Source of the DNA: a bacterium
Lineage (GTDB): Bacteria; Patescibacteriota; Saccharimonadia; Saccharimonadales; UBA4665
Reading direction: 5' to 3'
Length of the DNA stretch: 50,331 nucleotides
Assembly (NCBI GenBank): GCA_021781915.1
Contig: JAJXVX010000001.1
Span: 1 to 50,331, forward strand
The notes under the pieces: model-generated
Databases searched by the model: none
Told to the model about the DNA's origin: nothing
Seen by the model: only the letters and a program-made list of their open reading frames with translations
Shown here: one piece after another, positions 27,534-38,500 of the stretch
Layout of the letters: each line of letters opens with the position of its first letter
Numbering within the stretch: the stretch's first letter is position 1
Made by a program: the position numbers and the translations under genes

Positions 27534-28721
27534 TTATTCGCCGTGTTCTTCGATGGCTTCGAGTAATTCGTTTTCAAGGTCTGTTTTTTTCTTTAGCTTA
27601 CCCGATTTAACTGTTTCAACTTTCATATTAGTGGCTTCTACGGGCTGATTGATTTCAACCTCAGCTACCTTCTCGGGTTGACTAACAGATGCCTTAATAT
27701 CTATTTCAAAGCCAGTTAATTTTGAGGCCAAACGAACATTTTGACCACTCTTACCTATAGCTATACTCTGTTGATCCTCATCTACTAAAACAATTGCTCT
27801 AGCTGGTTCACCTTCGAAAATAACATCGTTAACCCGGGTAGGACTAAGTGCATTAGTGATAAACTTCTTTGGATCTTCATCAAAAATAATAATATCAACT
27901 TTTTCTTGATCACCAATTTCTGACATAACTGCATTAACGCGAGTACCGTGACCACCTACGAAAGTACCTACCGGATCAACTCCCTTAATAGCTGAAGAAA
28001 CAGCCAGCTTAGTCCTGACTCCGGCCTCACGAGCGATTGCTTCTATCTTTACTGCGCCGCTTTCCATCTCTGGAACTTCGTTTCTGAACAAAAGCTCAAC
28101 AAACTCAGCACAACCCCTGGACAGCAGTAGTTGCGGACCGCGAAAACCCTTTTCAACATCCTTTAAATAAACTTTAAGCCGTTGACCAGGGTAATAATGC
28201 TCATTTGGAATTTGTTCGGCTTTGGGCATAATGCCTTGAATTCGACCTAAATCAACTCTAACTAAATTATTTTCCACACGAGCAACATTAGCATTAATGA
28301 TAGTGCCAATTTTATCTTCAAATTCTTCTAAGATGATATCTCTCTCAGTCTCGCGAAGCTTTTGAACCATTACTTGTTTCGCCGTTTGCGCGGCTACCCG
28401 ACCAAAAGTTTCAACTTTTTCATGAACTTCGATTTCATCACCAATCTTTACGTCTTTTTTCATGACTGAAGCGTCTTTGAGTGAAATCTCAAAAGTAGAG
28501 TGTTCAACCTTATCGACGACTGATTTAGTAGCATATATGTCCACATCACCGGTATTCAAATTAATATTGGCTCTGATTTCTTGTTCTCGATCACCAAAGT
28601 CTCTTTTGTAAGCGGCGATCAATGCCTGTTCAACAATTGATTTAACAACATCTTCCGGTAAATTCTTTTCTTCTGCGATTGTTCTAATAGCGAGAGCTAA
28701 CTGCTTAACATCTAAATCCAT
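27534..28721 (-). CDS. nusA: Transcription termination/antitermination factor NusA
   Basis: FGRVAAQTAKQ, AREAGVRTK and AIGKSGQNVRLASKLTG motifs; SD AGGAG. Confidence 0.97.
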   Translation of the reverse strand: MDLDVKQLALAIRTIAEEKNLPEDVVKSIVEQALIAAYKRDFGDREQEIRANINLNTGDVDIYATKSVVDKVEHSTFEISLKDASVMKKDVKIGDEIEVHEKVETFGRVAAQTAKQVMVQKLRETERDIILEEFEDKIGTIINANVARVENNLVRVDLGRIQGIMPKAEQIPNEHYYPGQRLKVYLKDVEKGFRGPQLLLSRGCAEFVELLFRNEVPEMESGAVKIEAIAREAGVRTKLAVSSAIKGVDPVGTFVGGHGTRVNAVMSEIGDQEKVDIIIFDEDPKKFITNALSPTRVNDVIFEGEPARAIVLVDEDQQSIAIGKSGQNVRLASKLTGFEIDIKASVSQPEKVAEVEINQPVEATNMKVETVKSGKLKKKTDLENELLEAIEEHGE

Positions 28722-28742
28722 CTGTTACTCCTAACCTTAATT

Positions 28743-28763
28743 AAAAAAACCGACCTGTCGGCC
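28743..28763 (-). terminator. Putative weak intrinsic terminator/attenuator in the nusA leader
   Basis: GGCCGA-CAGG-TCGGTT hairpin running into a T tract, between promoter TTGACT-18-TAAAAT (28780-28809) and the SD. Confidence 0.6.
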
Positions 28764-28854
28764 GGGATTCACTCAGTTCATTTTAACTTAAAACAGATCT
28801 TTAAGTCAATTATTAAAATGGACGAGACTATTTTGATTTTGATAAACTATTAAA

Positions 28855-31443
28855 ATGCCTAAACTAAGACGCCTGTCCTCTTACTATAAACCGAACCGCT
28901 ATGATTTAAAATTAAACATCGACAAAACAGCCATGGCATTTAACGGTGAGGTCGTTGTAGATGGTTTTAAGATAGGCAAGCCTTCTAAAAGGATTACATT
29001 TCATCAAAAAGATCTAAAAATCTTATCAGCCGAAGTTACGCATATAGATAAAGGAGTTAAGACTGCCCTGGAAATTTTTCGGATAAATCATCAAAGAAGT
29101 TTTGATGAAGTTAGATTACATTTCAATAAATTAATCTATCCCGGTCATTACGTAGTAAAGCTAGCTTTTGAAGGTGGCATAACTAAACATCTAGACGGTA
29201 TTTATCCTTCCAGGTTTGACGATAATAATGGCAAAGAAAAAATTATCATAGCTACTCAATTTGAGAGCCATCATGCCCGACAGGCCTTCCCTTGTATCGA
29301 CGAACCTAATGCCAAGGCAATATTTAAACTGTCGCTGTCTTCAGATAAATCGGATGTAATTATATCCAACACTAAAGAGGAATCAACATTGATTAAAAAT
29401 AGCTTAAAAACAGTTGTTTTTAAAGAAACTCCCATGATGAGCACCTATCTACTTGCCTTTGCCTGTGGCGAAATAGATTATCAGGAAAGAATAACTGAAT
29501 CTGGTGTGACTATCAGGTCTTACGCGACGCCGGATAAAAAACATATGACGGCGTTCAGTCTAGATATAGCCGAAAAATCTTTGGCTTTTTTTGAAGATTA
29601 TTTTGGGGTTGAATATCCTTTAGACAAATTGGATTTACTTGCTCTACCTGATTTTAGTTCAGGAGCGATGGAGAATTGGGGTTTAATTACATTCAGAGAG
29701 ACAGCTCTTTTAATTAATGATGGATCCGACAACATTGACGTCAAACAACAAATTACACTGGTAATCTGTCACGAAATATCCCACCAATGGTTTGGTAATT
29801 TAGTAACAATGGAATGGTGGGATGATTTATGGCTCAACGAAAGTTTTGCTAACTTAATGGAATATCGAGCGACTGATAAAATTTTTCCTGATTGGCAAAT
29901 TTGGCAGCATTTCGTCTCCCATGAAGTTATTGGCGCTAAAAAACGTGATGGACTGCTTGATGTCCAGCCAATTCATGCTAAAGTTAGTCACCCAGACGAA
30001 ATATCAACTTTATTTGACCCTTCAATAGTCTATTCAAAAGGTGGTTCCGTTCTTTATATGTTAATAAACTATATCGGCGAAGAGTCATTTAGATTAAGTT
30101 TATCTAATTATTTTAAGAAATACGCCTATAAAAATACTAAGGCAGATGATTTATGGCAAGAAATGTCTAAAGTAACTAATCGTAATATCTCTGCTTTTAT
30201 GAATAATTGGTTGTACTCACCAGGGCTTCCACTATTAAATATCGACTACATGCCAGGTCGAAAAACTATTAAAGTATCACAACAAAGATTCTTGCTTGAT
30301 CCATCTCATCAGTCTGATTCAGACAATAATTTGTGGCAAATACCTTACTCAAGTAATCAAAAACTAAAAACTGAGTTATTGACCAAAAAAGCAACTCAAC
30401 TGTTATTGGTTAATCAACCGACCGATCCTTTAATTTTTAATCAAAATGGGCTTTCTTATATGTTGGTCAACTATCTTAATAAAGGTCACCTAGCAAACAT
30501 ATGTGCCAATGTAGACGAACTTACAACCATAGATAAGTTTCTTTTATTAGATAATTATTATTTACTGGAACGTTCGACCAAGATTAGCCTCATCGAAGCG
30601 CTAGATTTAATTTCTTACTTTAAAAGCGAATCGGATGATATTATTTGGTCGAGTATTTCATTACTACTATCTGAGGTAAAAAGATTATTAGAATCATCTT
30701 CGTCTGATAGAAAAAAAATAAATAGTCTCATATCCGACTTTGTTGATGAAAAACTAAAGATGATTCCGTTCAAGCAGTCACCAAATGAATCATCTAAACA
30801 AATCAGATACAGGTCAATCTTATTCTCACTAGGAGCCATGTCGAATAATGACTACATTATAGAAAAATTCAAAGAATTATTCAGAAACTTTTCTAAACCA
30901 ACTGATATTAATCCTAATATCAGAAATATTGCATACTACATCGCGGTAAAAGAACAGGTAAATTTTGATAAACTATTTAAAATTTATCAAAAACTTTCCG
31001 ACCATGAAGAAAAAGAAGAGATTATTTTTGCACTGGCTAGTACAAAAAAAAGTGATAATATAAGTCAACTTCTTGATTTAATCAAAGACAAGGACACTCG
31101 GTCTCAAGACATACTAACAATTTACGGGTCTATTTTTCGAAACTCATATGCCCGAGATCAAGCTTGGAAATGGTTTAAAGCAAATTTTGATTTTCTAAAA
31201 GAAACTTTTAAAACAGATAAGAGCTACGGATATTTTGTTAGAATTATTGCCAACTACTTTGATAAACCGACAGAACTAAAGGAATTCAAAAATTTCTTTG
31301 AACCAAAACTTGAAGACATTTCTTTAAAACGAGAAATTAGCCTCGGTATTATGGAAATTAATAATCGTAAAAACTGGCGAGATAAAAATGAAGACAGCGT
31401 GAAACAATGGCTTCACAAAACTAACGATTTGATAAAACTTTAA
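28855..31443 (+). CDS. pepN: M1 family aminopeptidase (PepN-like)
   Basis: GAMENWG, HEISH-x18-E (WLNES), YSKG, ERAP1-like C-terminal domain. Confidence 0.93.
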   Translation: MPKLRRLSSYYKPNRYDLKLNIDKTAMAFNGEVVVDGFKIGKPSKRITFHQKDLKILSAEVTHIDKGVKTALEIFRINHQRSFDEVRLHFNKLIYPGHYVVKLAFEGGITKHLDGIYPSRFDDNNGKEKIIIATQFESHHARQAFPCIDEPNAKAIFKLSLSSDKSDVIISNTKEESTLIKNSLKTVVFKETPMMSTYLLAFACGEIDYQERITESGVTIRSYATPDKKHMTAFSLDIAEKSLAFFEDYFGVEYPLDKLDLLALPDFSSGAMENWGLITFRETALLINDGSDNIDVKQQITLVICHEISHQWFGNLVTMEWWDDLWLNESFANLMEYRATDKIFPDWQIWQHFVSHEVIGAKKRDGLLDVQPIHAKVSHPDEISTLFDPSIVYSKGGSVLYMLINYIGEESFRLSLSNYFKKYAYKNTKADDLWQEMSKVTNRNISAFMNNWLYSPGLPLLNIDYMPGRKTIKVSQQRFLLDPSHQSDSDNNLWQIPYSSNQKLKTELLTKKATQLLLVNQPTDPLIFNQNGLSYMLVNYLNKGHLANICANVDELTTIDKFLLLDNYYLLERSTKISLIEALDLISYFKSESDDIIWSSISLLLSEVKRLLESSSSDRKKINSLISDFVDEKLKMIPFKQSPNESSKQIRYRSILFSLGAMSNNDYIIEKFKELFRNFSKPTDINPNIRNIAYYIAVKEQVNFDKLFKIYQKLSDHEEKEEIIFALASTKKSDNISQLLDLIKDKDTRSQDILTIYGSIFRNSYARDQAWKWFKANFDFLKETFKTDKSYGYFVRIIANYFDKPTELKEFKNFFEPKLEDISLKREISLGIMEINNRKNWRDKNEDSVKQWLHKTNDLIKL

Positions 31444-31999
31444 CCGGTTTATAACTAAGACGATGGATAGGTGTTGATCCATATTTCTTGAGCGCATCAA
31501 TATGTTTTTTAGTTCCATAACCAAAATTAGATTCAAAACCATATTCCGGGTAGGTACTAGACAATTTAATCATTAAATTATCTCGATATACCTTAGCTAT
31601 AATACTGGCGGCCATAACCGTCGGTACTTTAGCATCAGCCTTAATCAAAGTTTCGACATTATCCAGGTTTTGCAAGAAATTATAGTTGCCGTCAATTATA
31701 ATTTTATTATAGTCTTGACCTTTTAAATCCTGAACTGCGCTCTCCATAGCCAAGCTTATAGCTTTAGTTAGACCAATTTTATCAATAATTTTCGCCGATA
31801 TTTCAGAAACAGCAATCAAATTAGTTTTACTTCTAATTAGTGTGTCTAGCTGAGCTCTTTTTTTAAAACTGAGCACCTTAGAATCATTTAGACCGTTTAT
31901 TTCATCTTTTAAAATAACTGCCGCCACAACCAAAGGGCCGGCCCAAGACCCGCGACCTACTTCATCAAGTCCAATTAGTAAGCTGTTTGGTCCTCTCAT
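31421..31999 (-). CDS. rnhB: Ribonuclease HII
   Basis: GLDEVGRGSWAGP, DSK, IDG and AASIIAKVYRD motifs. Confidence 0.96.
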   Translation of the reverse strand: MRGPNSLLIGLDEVGRGSWAGPLVVAAVILKDEINGLNDSKVLSFKKRAQLDTLIRSKTNLIAVSEISAKIIDKIGLTKAISLAMESAVQDLKGQDYNKIIIDGNYNFLQNLDNVETLIKADAKVPTVMAASIIAKVYRDNLMIKLSSTYPEYGFESNFGYGTKKHIDALKKYGSTPIHRLSYKPVKVLSNR

Positions 32000-32018
32000 T
32001 TGGACTAAATCAGATTTA

Positions 32019-32519
32019 CTAAGCCTTAGGTTCTGTTTTTGGAGATACTTTAGATTTGCTAGCTACTTTAGGAGTCGAAACTGATTTTTCGGTAATATCG
32101 GTTTCTGGAATGGTAGTTTCCTGAGGTTCTTTGGTTGAAACTGGTTTACTCTCTTCTTTAGGTTGCTCATAATTTACTGAACTAAGTCTGGCTGCTTTGC
32201 CGGTTCTTTGTCTCATATAAGATAAATAATTTCTTCGGACTTTTGAACGTCTTAGTATCTCGATTTTATCAACAAGCGGACTATTTACGAGAAAACTTTT
32301 TTCAACTCCAACACCAGAAGCTACTCTTCTAACGGTAATTCTGAATAAATAAGAAGATGTCTGATCGGTTCTAATGACCAGCCCCTGAAATGCCTGGATT
32401 CTTTCCTTATTACCTTCTTTAATTTTTTGGTGAACACGAACAGTATCACCACTTCTAATAGGTAAATGGTTTTTAGGATTTATATATTTTTTGGTAATTT
32501 CTTTTAATAATTCCGCCAT
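32019..32519 (-). CDS. rplS: 50S ribosomal protein L19 with low-complexity C-terminal extension (start likely ATG 32519)
   Basis: GDTVRVHQKIKEGNKERIQAFQG, GVGVEK and KVRRNYLSYMR motifs; promoter TTGCAT-17-TATAAT upstream. Confidence 0.96.
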   Translation of the reverse strand: MAELLKEITKKYINPKNHLPIRSGDTVRVHQKIKEGNKERIQAFQGLVIRTDQTSSYLFRITVRRVASGVGVEKSFLVNSPLVDKIEILRRSKVRRNYLSYMRQRTGKAARLSSVNYEQPKEESKPVSTKEPQETTIPETDITEKSVSTPKVASKSKVSPKTEPKA

Positions 32520-32569
32520 AGTCAATTGATTATTATATCCTATAAAACTCTTTAATGCAAAACTAAAAT

Positions 32570-34183
32570 TTAAAAATCTAGAACTCGAGCAATTTCAGAT
32601 ATGGTAGTCATTCCAGCCAATACTTTGGCCATCCCATCGCCGTACATATTGTTAAGACCACTCCGATCAGCTGCTTCATTAATAAGATCGGTCGAAATTA
32701 TTCTAGAATCATGGCTCTTAGAAATTACCTGTTTTATCTCTTCTGTCATTAAGTATTGTTCCCTGATAGCTATCTGCCCATTGTAACCGAAAGGATTTTG
32801 ATCGTTAACAATTGGCCTAAAGAGCATAGTCGAATCATTGATATCTGGTTTTAAAATGTTATTTGGCATCTTTTCAAGAAGTCTCATCAACATATCTCTT
32901 TCTGCCTGATCTGGTTGATAGCTCTCTTTATAAGTATCGTCTAGCTTTCGGACCAGTCTTTGGGCCATTATCAGGCGAATTGCAGAAGTGAACAAACTGT
33001 TTTCTTCAATCACTGAACCTAGCCTGGTTAAGGCGGCAGCTGCTGAGCCTGCGTGAAAAGTAGCCAATACAAGATGTCCGGTTAAAGCGGCCTGAAGTGC
33101 TGTCTTGGCAGTATCTTCATCTCTAATCTCACCAATCATAATGACATCCGGGTCAATTCGAAGGACTGCCTTTAAGCGATCGATGAAATTACTATCATTA
33201 TGCTCGCCTTTCGAATCAATCGACATCTGAGTAACGCCTTCAAACTGGTATTCGACAGGGTCCTCAACTGTAATAATTTTTCTCTGATCATTATTAAGCT
33301 GATTTAACATTGAATAAAGAGTCGTAGTTTTACCTGAGCCAGTCGGACCTACCACCATAACAAGACCGGTTGGCTTAGCTATAATGTCATTAACGACAGC
33401 TCTTTCGCTATCAGATAATCCCAATCTATCTAGGTTATACATCGATTGGTACATATTGAACAATCTCATAACAATATCCATACCGTTAACTGTTTGAACT
33501 GTCTCAACACGTAGATTAACATCAACGTTAGTATGATCGGCCATTTCCACTTTTTGAGATATATGACCCTGTTGAGGTTCGGTTGATGAAGTAGAAATAT
33601 TAGAAGCCGAAGCAACTGCTGAGACTAATATTCTATATTTTTCAAAAGATAGCTTGGCTACAATGTGAAGTACGCCATCAATTCTAAATCTTATTCTAAC
33701 GTCATTACGTTGTGTCTCGATATGAATGTCGGAAGAGTTGAGCTTATGAGCCTGAGAGACAAGGTACGCCAACATATCATCGGCGTTAACCTGATTTAAA
33801 ATATCAGAAATTTGACTAACAGTATCGGTTTGGTTCTCAGAAATATTTATATCTTGGTAAACGATTTGTTTGGGTGGATCAAATAACTTCATGTAATCTC
33901 TAAATCCACTGTCAGAAATTAATGCAAAGTTAACTCGTTGATCTAGAAAATGTTCTCTTATATATTTGAGACTGTTTTGAGATGTGACTGTAGTAATACC
34001 GAATAGGACATTGCTTTGATCGGCTACTAAAGGCACAATCTTAAACTGATACATTTCATCATTGGTTAAGACATTTTTGATTAAATTCTTGTCTTGAATA
34101 TTGGTATCATAATAATCTAGGCCCAATACTTGAGCCCGTCTAAGCGTAGATTGCTCTTCGTCTTGTCTGGCGTCTTGACTCAT
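32570..34183 (-). CDS. GspE/PilB family type IV pilus / secretion ATPase
   Basis: SDIHIE, RFRIDG, GPTGSGKTT, TVEDPVE, RIDPDVIMIGEIRD and TGHLVLATFH motifs. Confidence 0.92.
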   Translation of the reverse strand: MSQDARQDEEQSTLRRAQVLGLDYYDTNIQDKNLIKNVLTNDEMYQFKIVPLVADQSNVLFGITTVTSQNSLKYIREHFLDQRVNFALISDSGFRDYMKLFDPPKQIVYQDINISENQTDTVSQISDILNQVNADDMLAYLVSQAHKLNSSDIHIETQRNDVRIRFRIDGVLHIVAKLSFEKYRILVSAVASASNISTSSTEPQQGHISQKVEMADHTNVDVNLRVETVQTVNGMDIVMRLFNMYQSMYNLDRLGLSDSERAVVNDIIAKPTGLVMVVGPTGSGKTTTLYSMLNQLNNDQRKIITVEDPVEYQFEGVTQMSIDSKGEHNDSNFIDRLKAVLRIDPDVIMIGEIRDEDTAKTALQAALTGHLVLATFHAGSAAAALTRLGSVIEENSLFTSAIRLIMAQRLVRKLDDTYKESYQPDQAERDMLMRLLEKMPNNILKPDINDSTMLFRPIVNDQNPFGYNGQIAIREQYLMTEEIKQVISKSHDSRIISTDLINEAADRSGLNNMYGDGMAKVLAGMTTISEIARVLDF

Positions 34184-34247
34184 TTAAGAGATATTATATA
34201 ACGATTATGCTTGGATTTAAAACTGATTAAAAGATAGACTAGGAGAT

Positions 34248-34754
34248 ATGGCTAAATTAATAATAGTTGCGAACAACCTCAGGTCAATCCATAATGTTGG
34301 TTCCATCTTTAGAACCGCAGAGGGACTAGGCGTCGAAAAGCTCTACCTTACTGGCTATACTCCCTACCCAAGACTTGAAAATGACGATCGGTTGCCGCAT
34401 CAGATAAATAAACTAGATAAAGCAATCAGCAAAGTCTCTCTGGGCGCAGAGAAAAATCTTGATTTTGATTACCACGACGATATCTTTGAGTTAATTAAAA
34501 AATATAAACAAAAAAACTATCGCATCGTAGCACTAGAACAGGCTAAGAATAGTGTAAATATTCTTGACTATAAACCAATGGAAAAATCCATCCTGATTAT
34601 TGGTAATGAGGTTGACGGCATAGAACAATCGGTCCTCGAATCGTCTGAAGATATTTTAGAAATTCCCATGATGGGAAAAAAAGAGTCATTTAATGTTGTT
34701 CAGGCCATGGCAATAGCATCGTTTTATCTCATCAACCAACAACTTACAAAATGA
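34248..34754 (+). CDS. TrmH/SpoU family RNA methyltransferase
   Basis: NLRSIHNVGSIFRTA, IGNEVDG and IPMMGKKESFNV SPOUT motifs. Confidence 0.92.
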   Translation: MAKLIIVANNLRSIHNVGSIFRTAEGLGVEKLYLTGYTPYPRLENDDRLPHQINKLDKAISKVSLGAEKNLDFDYHDDIFELIKKYKQKNYRIVALEQAKNSVNILDYKPMEKSILIIGNEVDGIEQSVLESSEDILEIPMMGKKESFNVVQAMAIASFYLINQQLTK

Positions 34755-34766
34755 TATAATCATAAT

Positions 34767-35582
34767 ATGACCCTGCAAAAACAAAAAAAACAGGTGATTT
34801 CAAAAGATAGTTTTCACTACAAACATTTCAAGAAAAAAAAGTCACACCACTATCTAAAACCGTACTACCCCTACTTACCTATGTTAGCCTTGATAATAGT
34901 TGGTTCTACTATTCTAATTAATATCAATAAACCAACTAATTTTTCAATCAGTTCTCTGATTAATTCAACTAATCAGGCTAGACTGAGCAATAATCTAAAC
35001 TCAGTCAATCTCAATAAAAATCTGTCCGTCCTCGCTCAAGACAGTGCTAGCAAGATTGCCGACAGGTCAACTACCAGCACAAGTGTCGGTACCGTTGCGG
35101 AAGGCTTTAATAACTCAAGTCAAATAATTAGCGCCTGGCTAAGTAATAACTCTTCAAGAGTTCAGTTGCTAAGTGGCAATTTACAGAATATTGGTTTTGG
35201 TATTGCTAAAACCTCTAACCAATCAACTAAGTACGTCGTTGTAGCAATGTATCAGTCAACTTCTGGAGAAGTCAGCCATATCACCTTTTATGTGCCACCT
35301 CGCCAAACTGGCAATAAGACCAATTCCAATACCACTCTATCGAATCAAAAATTAATATCACGAATTATACTAATAACTAACAATACCTTTTATCAAGAAC
35401 TACTGATCGTTGGAGTATTTATCTTGGCAACACTATTTTTCTTAAGACACCTCATCTTTTTTAAAAAAGTCTTGGTTCAGGGAGAAAAAATACTGCTAAA
35501 CAACATCTGGCTAGATATTGTGGTCATAGTTGCGATATTTATTGGAGTTTACTTTATTCAAACCGTCGGATTTATTAGCTAA
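34767..35582 (+). CDS. Membrane protein with degenerate CAP (SCP) domain
   Basis: N-terminal TM; TNQAR...LSVLAQ...IISAWLS...NIGFGIA CAP-like pattern; two C-terminal TM helices. Confidence 0.65.
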   Translation: MTLQKQKKQVISKDSFHYKHFKKKKSHHYLKPYYPYLPMLALIIVGSTILININKPTNFSISSLINSTNQARLSNNLNSVNLNKNLSVLAQDSASKIADRSTTSTSVGTVAEGFNNSSQIISAWLSNNSSRVQLLSGNLQNIGFGIAKTSNQSTKYVVVAMYQSTSGEVSHITFYVPPRQTGNKTNSNTTLSNQKLISRIILITNNTFYQELLIVGVFILATLFFLRHLIFFKKVLVQGEKILLNNIWLDIVVIVAIFIGVYFIQTVGFIS

Positions 35583-38500
35583 TATTCTTTTATATAAATA
35601 TTCTCTTGTCCAACAATACCAGACAGCTCATCTTCAGTTTCATTAGAATAATTAAATCCATAAGGGATCCGGATAGCCTGTTTATTACTTTCATCGCCGA
35701 GAACTAAAACTACCTCGCTCGTACCACTGTTCCCGTCAATTGTTTGTTTAATTTTAACTAGTTTGGCAGTATCGGAACTGTCTGCTAGCCGAATAAACAC
35801 TCGCCGGTTAAGCGGATTTTCGACAACTACCTTTAATGGATTATTAACTACGGCAGATTTAGAACGCCGGGTGGATGGAAGAAATGCTTTGGCTTGCTCA
35901 TAAGTCACTTCGCGAGCATCGTCGACTAACATTTTTTTTGTGTCCGACTCAAAACTAGCCTTCCCTTTAACTATCATTACCCGATCTTTTTGCCATAAGC
36001 CAACAGTTTCAGAATAAGTTTTCGGGAACAGGACTAACTCGATTGAATCATCCATATCTTCCATGCTGGCAAAAGCCATTCTTTTGCCATTTTTGGTCGT
36101 AATCTCTTTAAAATCAGTGATAATACCACCGATAGTAACCGTTCTGTCCTGTTTTGATTTATCAATCGAATTAATCGGAGAAGCTTTCTCGCTCAATATT
36201 GCCCGATAGGACATTAAAGGATGCTCGGATAAATAAAGTCCAAGCAACTCTTTTTCCCACATTAAAATTTGTTTTAGATTAACCTCTCTGTTGATCGGTT
36301 TTAGCTCTAGTTTGGCCCCGTTATTATCATCAACGTTATTAAACATATTAAATAAATCGGCTTGACCAGATTTATTTTCCTTTTGTATGCGAGAGCTAAA
36401 CGACAAAATTAAATCAAGATTTTCTAGTAATTGTTCTCGGCCACCAAACGAATCTAGTGCACCAGATTTTATTAAGCTTTCTAAAGTTTTTTTATTAATT
36501 AGCTTATAGTCAACTCTTCTAATAAAATCACTTAAATCCTTAAAAATTCCTTCTTCACGAATTTTGATAATTTCAGATACAACATTACTGCCAACATTTT
36601 TAATAGCAGCTAGACCAAACCTAATCTTATTTTCTCCAGGAACAATTGAAAACTCAAGAAACGACTGATTAATATCGGGTAGCAAAACCTCTATGCCCAT
36701 GTGTTTACACTCGTTAATTTCAATCGATAACCTATCTAAATCATCATAGTCAGAACTCATCAGAGCTGCCATAAAAGCGACTGGATAATTAGCCTTGAGA
36801 TAAGCGGTTTGGTAAGAGATAAGTCCGTAACACGCAGAATGGGATTTATTAAAACAATAATCCGCAAAACCTAGCAGCTGTACCCAGAAATCAGTAATCA
36901 ACTGTCGGTCAATGCCTCTTTCGACTGCTCCCTCTATAAACCTGGTTTCCATTTTCTGCATCATATCGCGTTTTTTCTTACCGATTGCTTTTCTCAAAGT
37001 ATCAGCTTCAGCACCACTGAAACCACAGACATCTCGAGAAATTTGCATGAACTGCTCCTGATAAACCAATACTCCGTAGGTAGATTCAAGGGCTGATTTC
37101 ATGTTTGGATGCGCGTAAGTGATATCTTCTTGTTTATTTTTACGACGAATATAGCTATCTGTCAGTCCGGCGCTAAGTGGACCAGGACGGTACAAAGCAC
37201 CCATCGCGACAATATCATTAAATTCAGTTGGGCGAAGATCTTTAAGATACTTCTTCATGCCAGAGGATTCAAACTGGAATACCCCAGTAGTGTCACCGCG
37301 CCTTAATAATTCATAGGTTTTCTTATCATTTAGTTTCAAGTTATTTATATCGATGTCTTCAGAATAAACTTTTCGAATAATTCTAAGGGTATTATTAATA
37401 ATGGTTAGGTTAGATAAACCAAGAAAATCCATTTTAAGTAATCCGATTTCTTCTATTGGTGACATTGAGTATTGAGTCGCAACGAAGCCCTTCTGAGCCA
37501 TTTCAAGTGGCGTATAGCGAACTATATCTTCCGGTGCAATCACAACACCAGCTGCGTGTACGCCATGGCTTCTAATCGTACCTTCAAGCTGGAAGGCTAG
37601 GTCAAAAATTTTTTTGGATGAATCGTTTTCGGCGTATTCGGTTTTTAGAACCGGGTCGTTCTTGGTTGAGACGGCTAGTGGAATGTGCCTTCCTTGAACT
37701 GGCGGTGGAATTAACTTGGCTAAACGATCTGCTTCAGAGTAAGGTATGCCTAAAACCCTAGCTACATCACGTACAGCATTTCGAGCCGCCATCCGGCCGA
37801 ATGTTACAATGTTGGCAACTCTGTCTTGACCATATTTTTCAATACAGTATTCAATAACCTCTTGTCGTCGATTATCTTGAATGTCTATATCAATATCAGG
37901 CATGCTAATTCTCTCTGGATTTAAGAATCTTTCGAACAATAGATCATATTTCAACGGATCCAACTCAGTAATCCGTAGACTATAGGCTACTATAGATCCA
38001 GCTGCACTACCTCTGCCAGGACCAAACACAATACCCTTATTTTTACCCCAATTAATAAAATCAGAGATGATTAAAAAGTAACCATTAAAGCCCATCTTGT
38101 CTATAATGCCGAGTTCATACTCGACACGTTCTTTGACGTCATTTGGTAGTTTAGAGTGAATATCGTCTTGAGAAACAAGATTTTGCGATTTTTCGTCTAG
38201 GTATCTCTTTTTTAAACCATGATAAACCTGTTCATGTAAATATTCTTTTTCTGTTAGATTATTTTCGAGAGGAAAGGTAGGTATTAATAAGTTGCCAAGA
38301 GAAATTTCAATCGAACAACGATCGGCTATTTTTTTAGAATTCAATATTACTTCTGGGTGTTCATCGCCCCAACGCTCAATAAGTTCTGTTGGATTAGTAA
38401 CATGAAGGTCGAACTCTTTTAGGCTCATCCGATTTTGATCATCTAGTAATGAACCTGTCTGTACGCACAGTAAAATCTCGTGAGCAGTTTGATCATCTTC

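Noticed and set aside
32019..32170. K/E/P/T/S-rich C-terminal extension of L19
   Set aside because: Low-complexity tails on L19 are common and it shows no repeat structure or motif.
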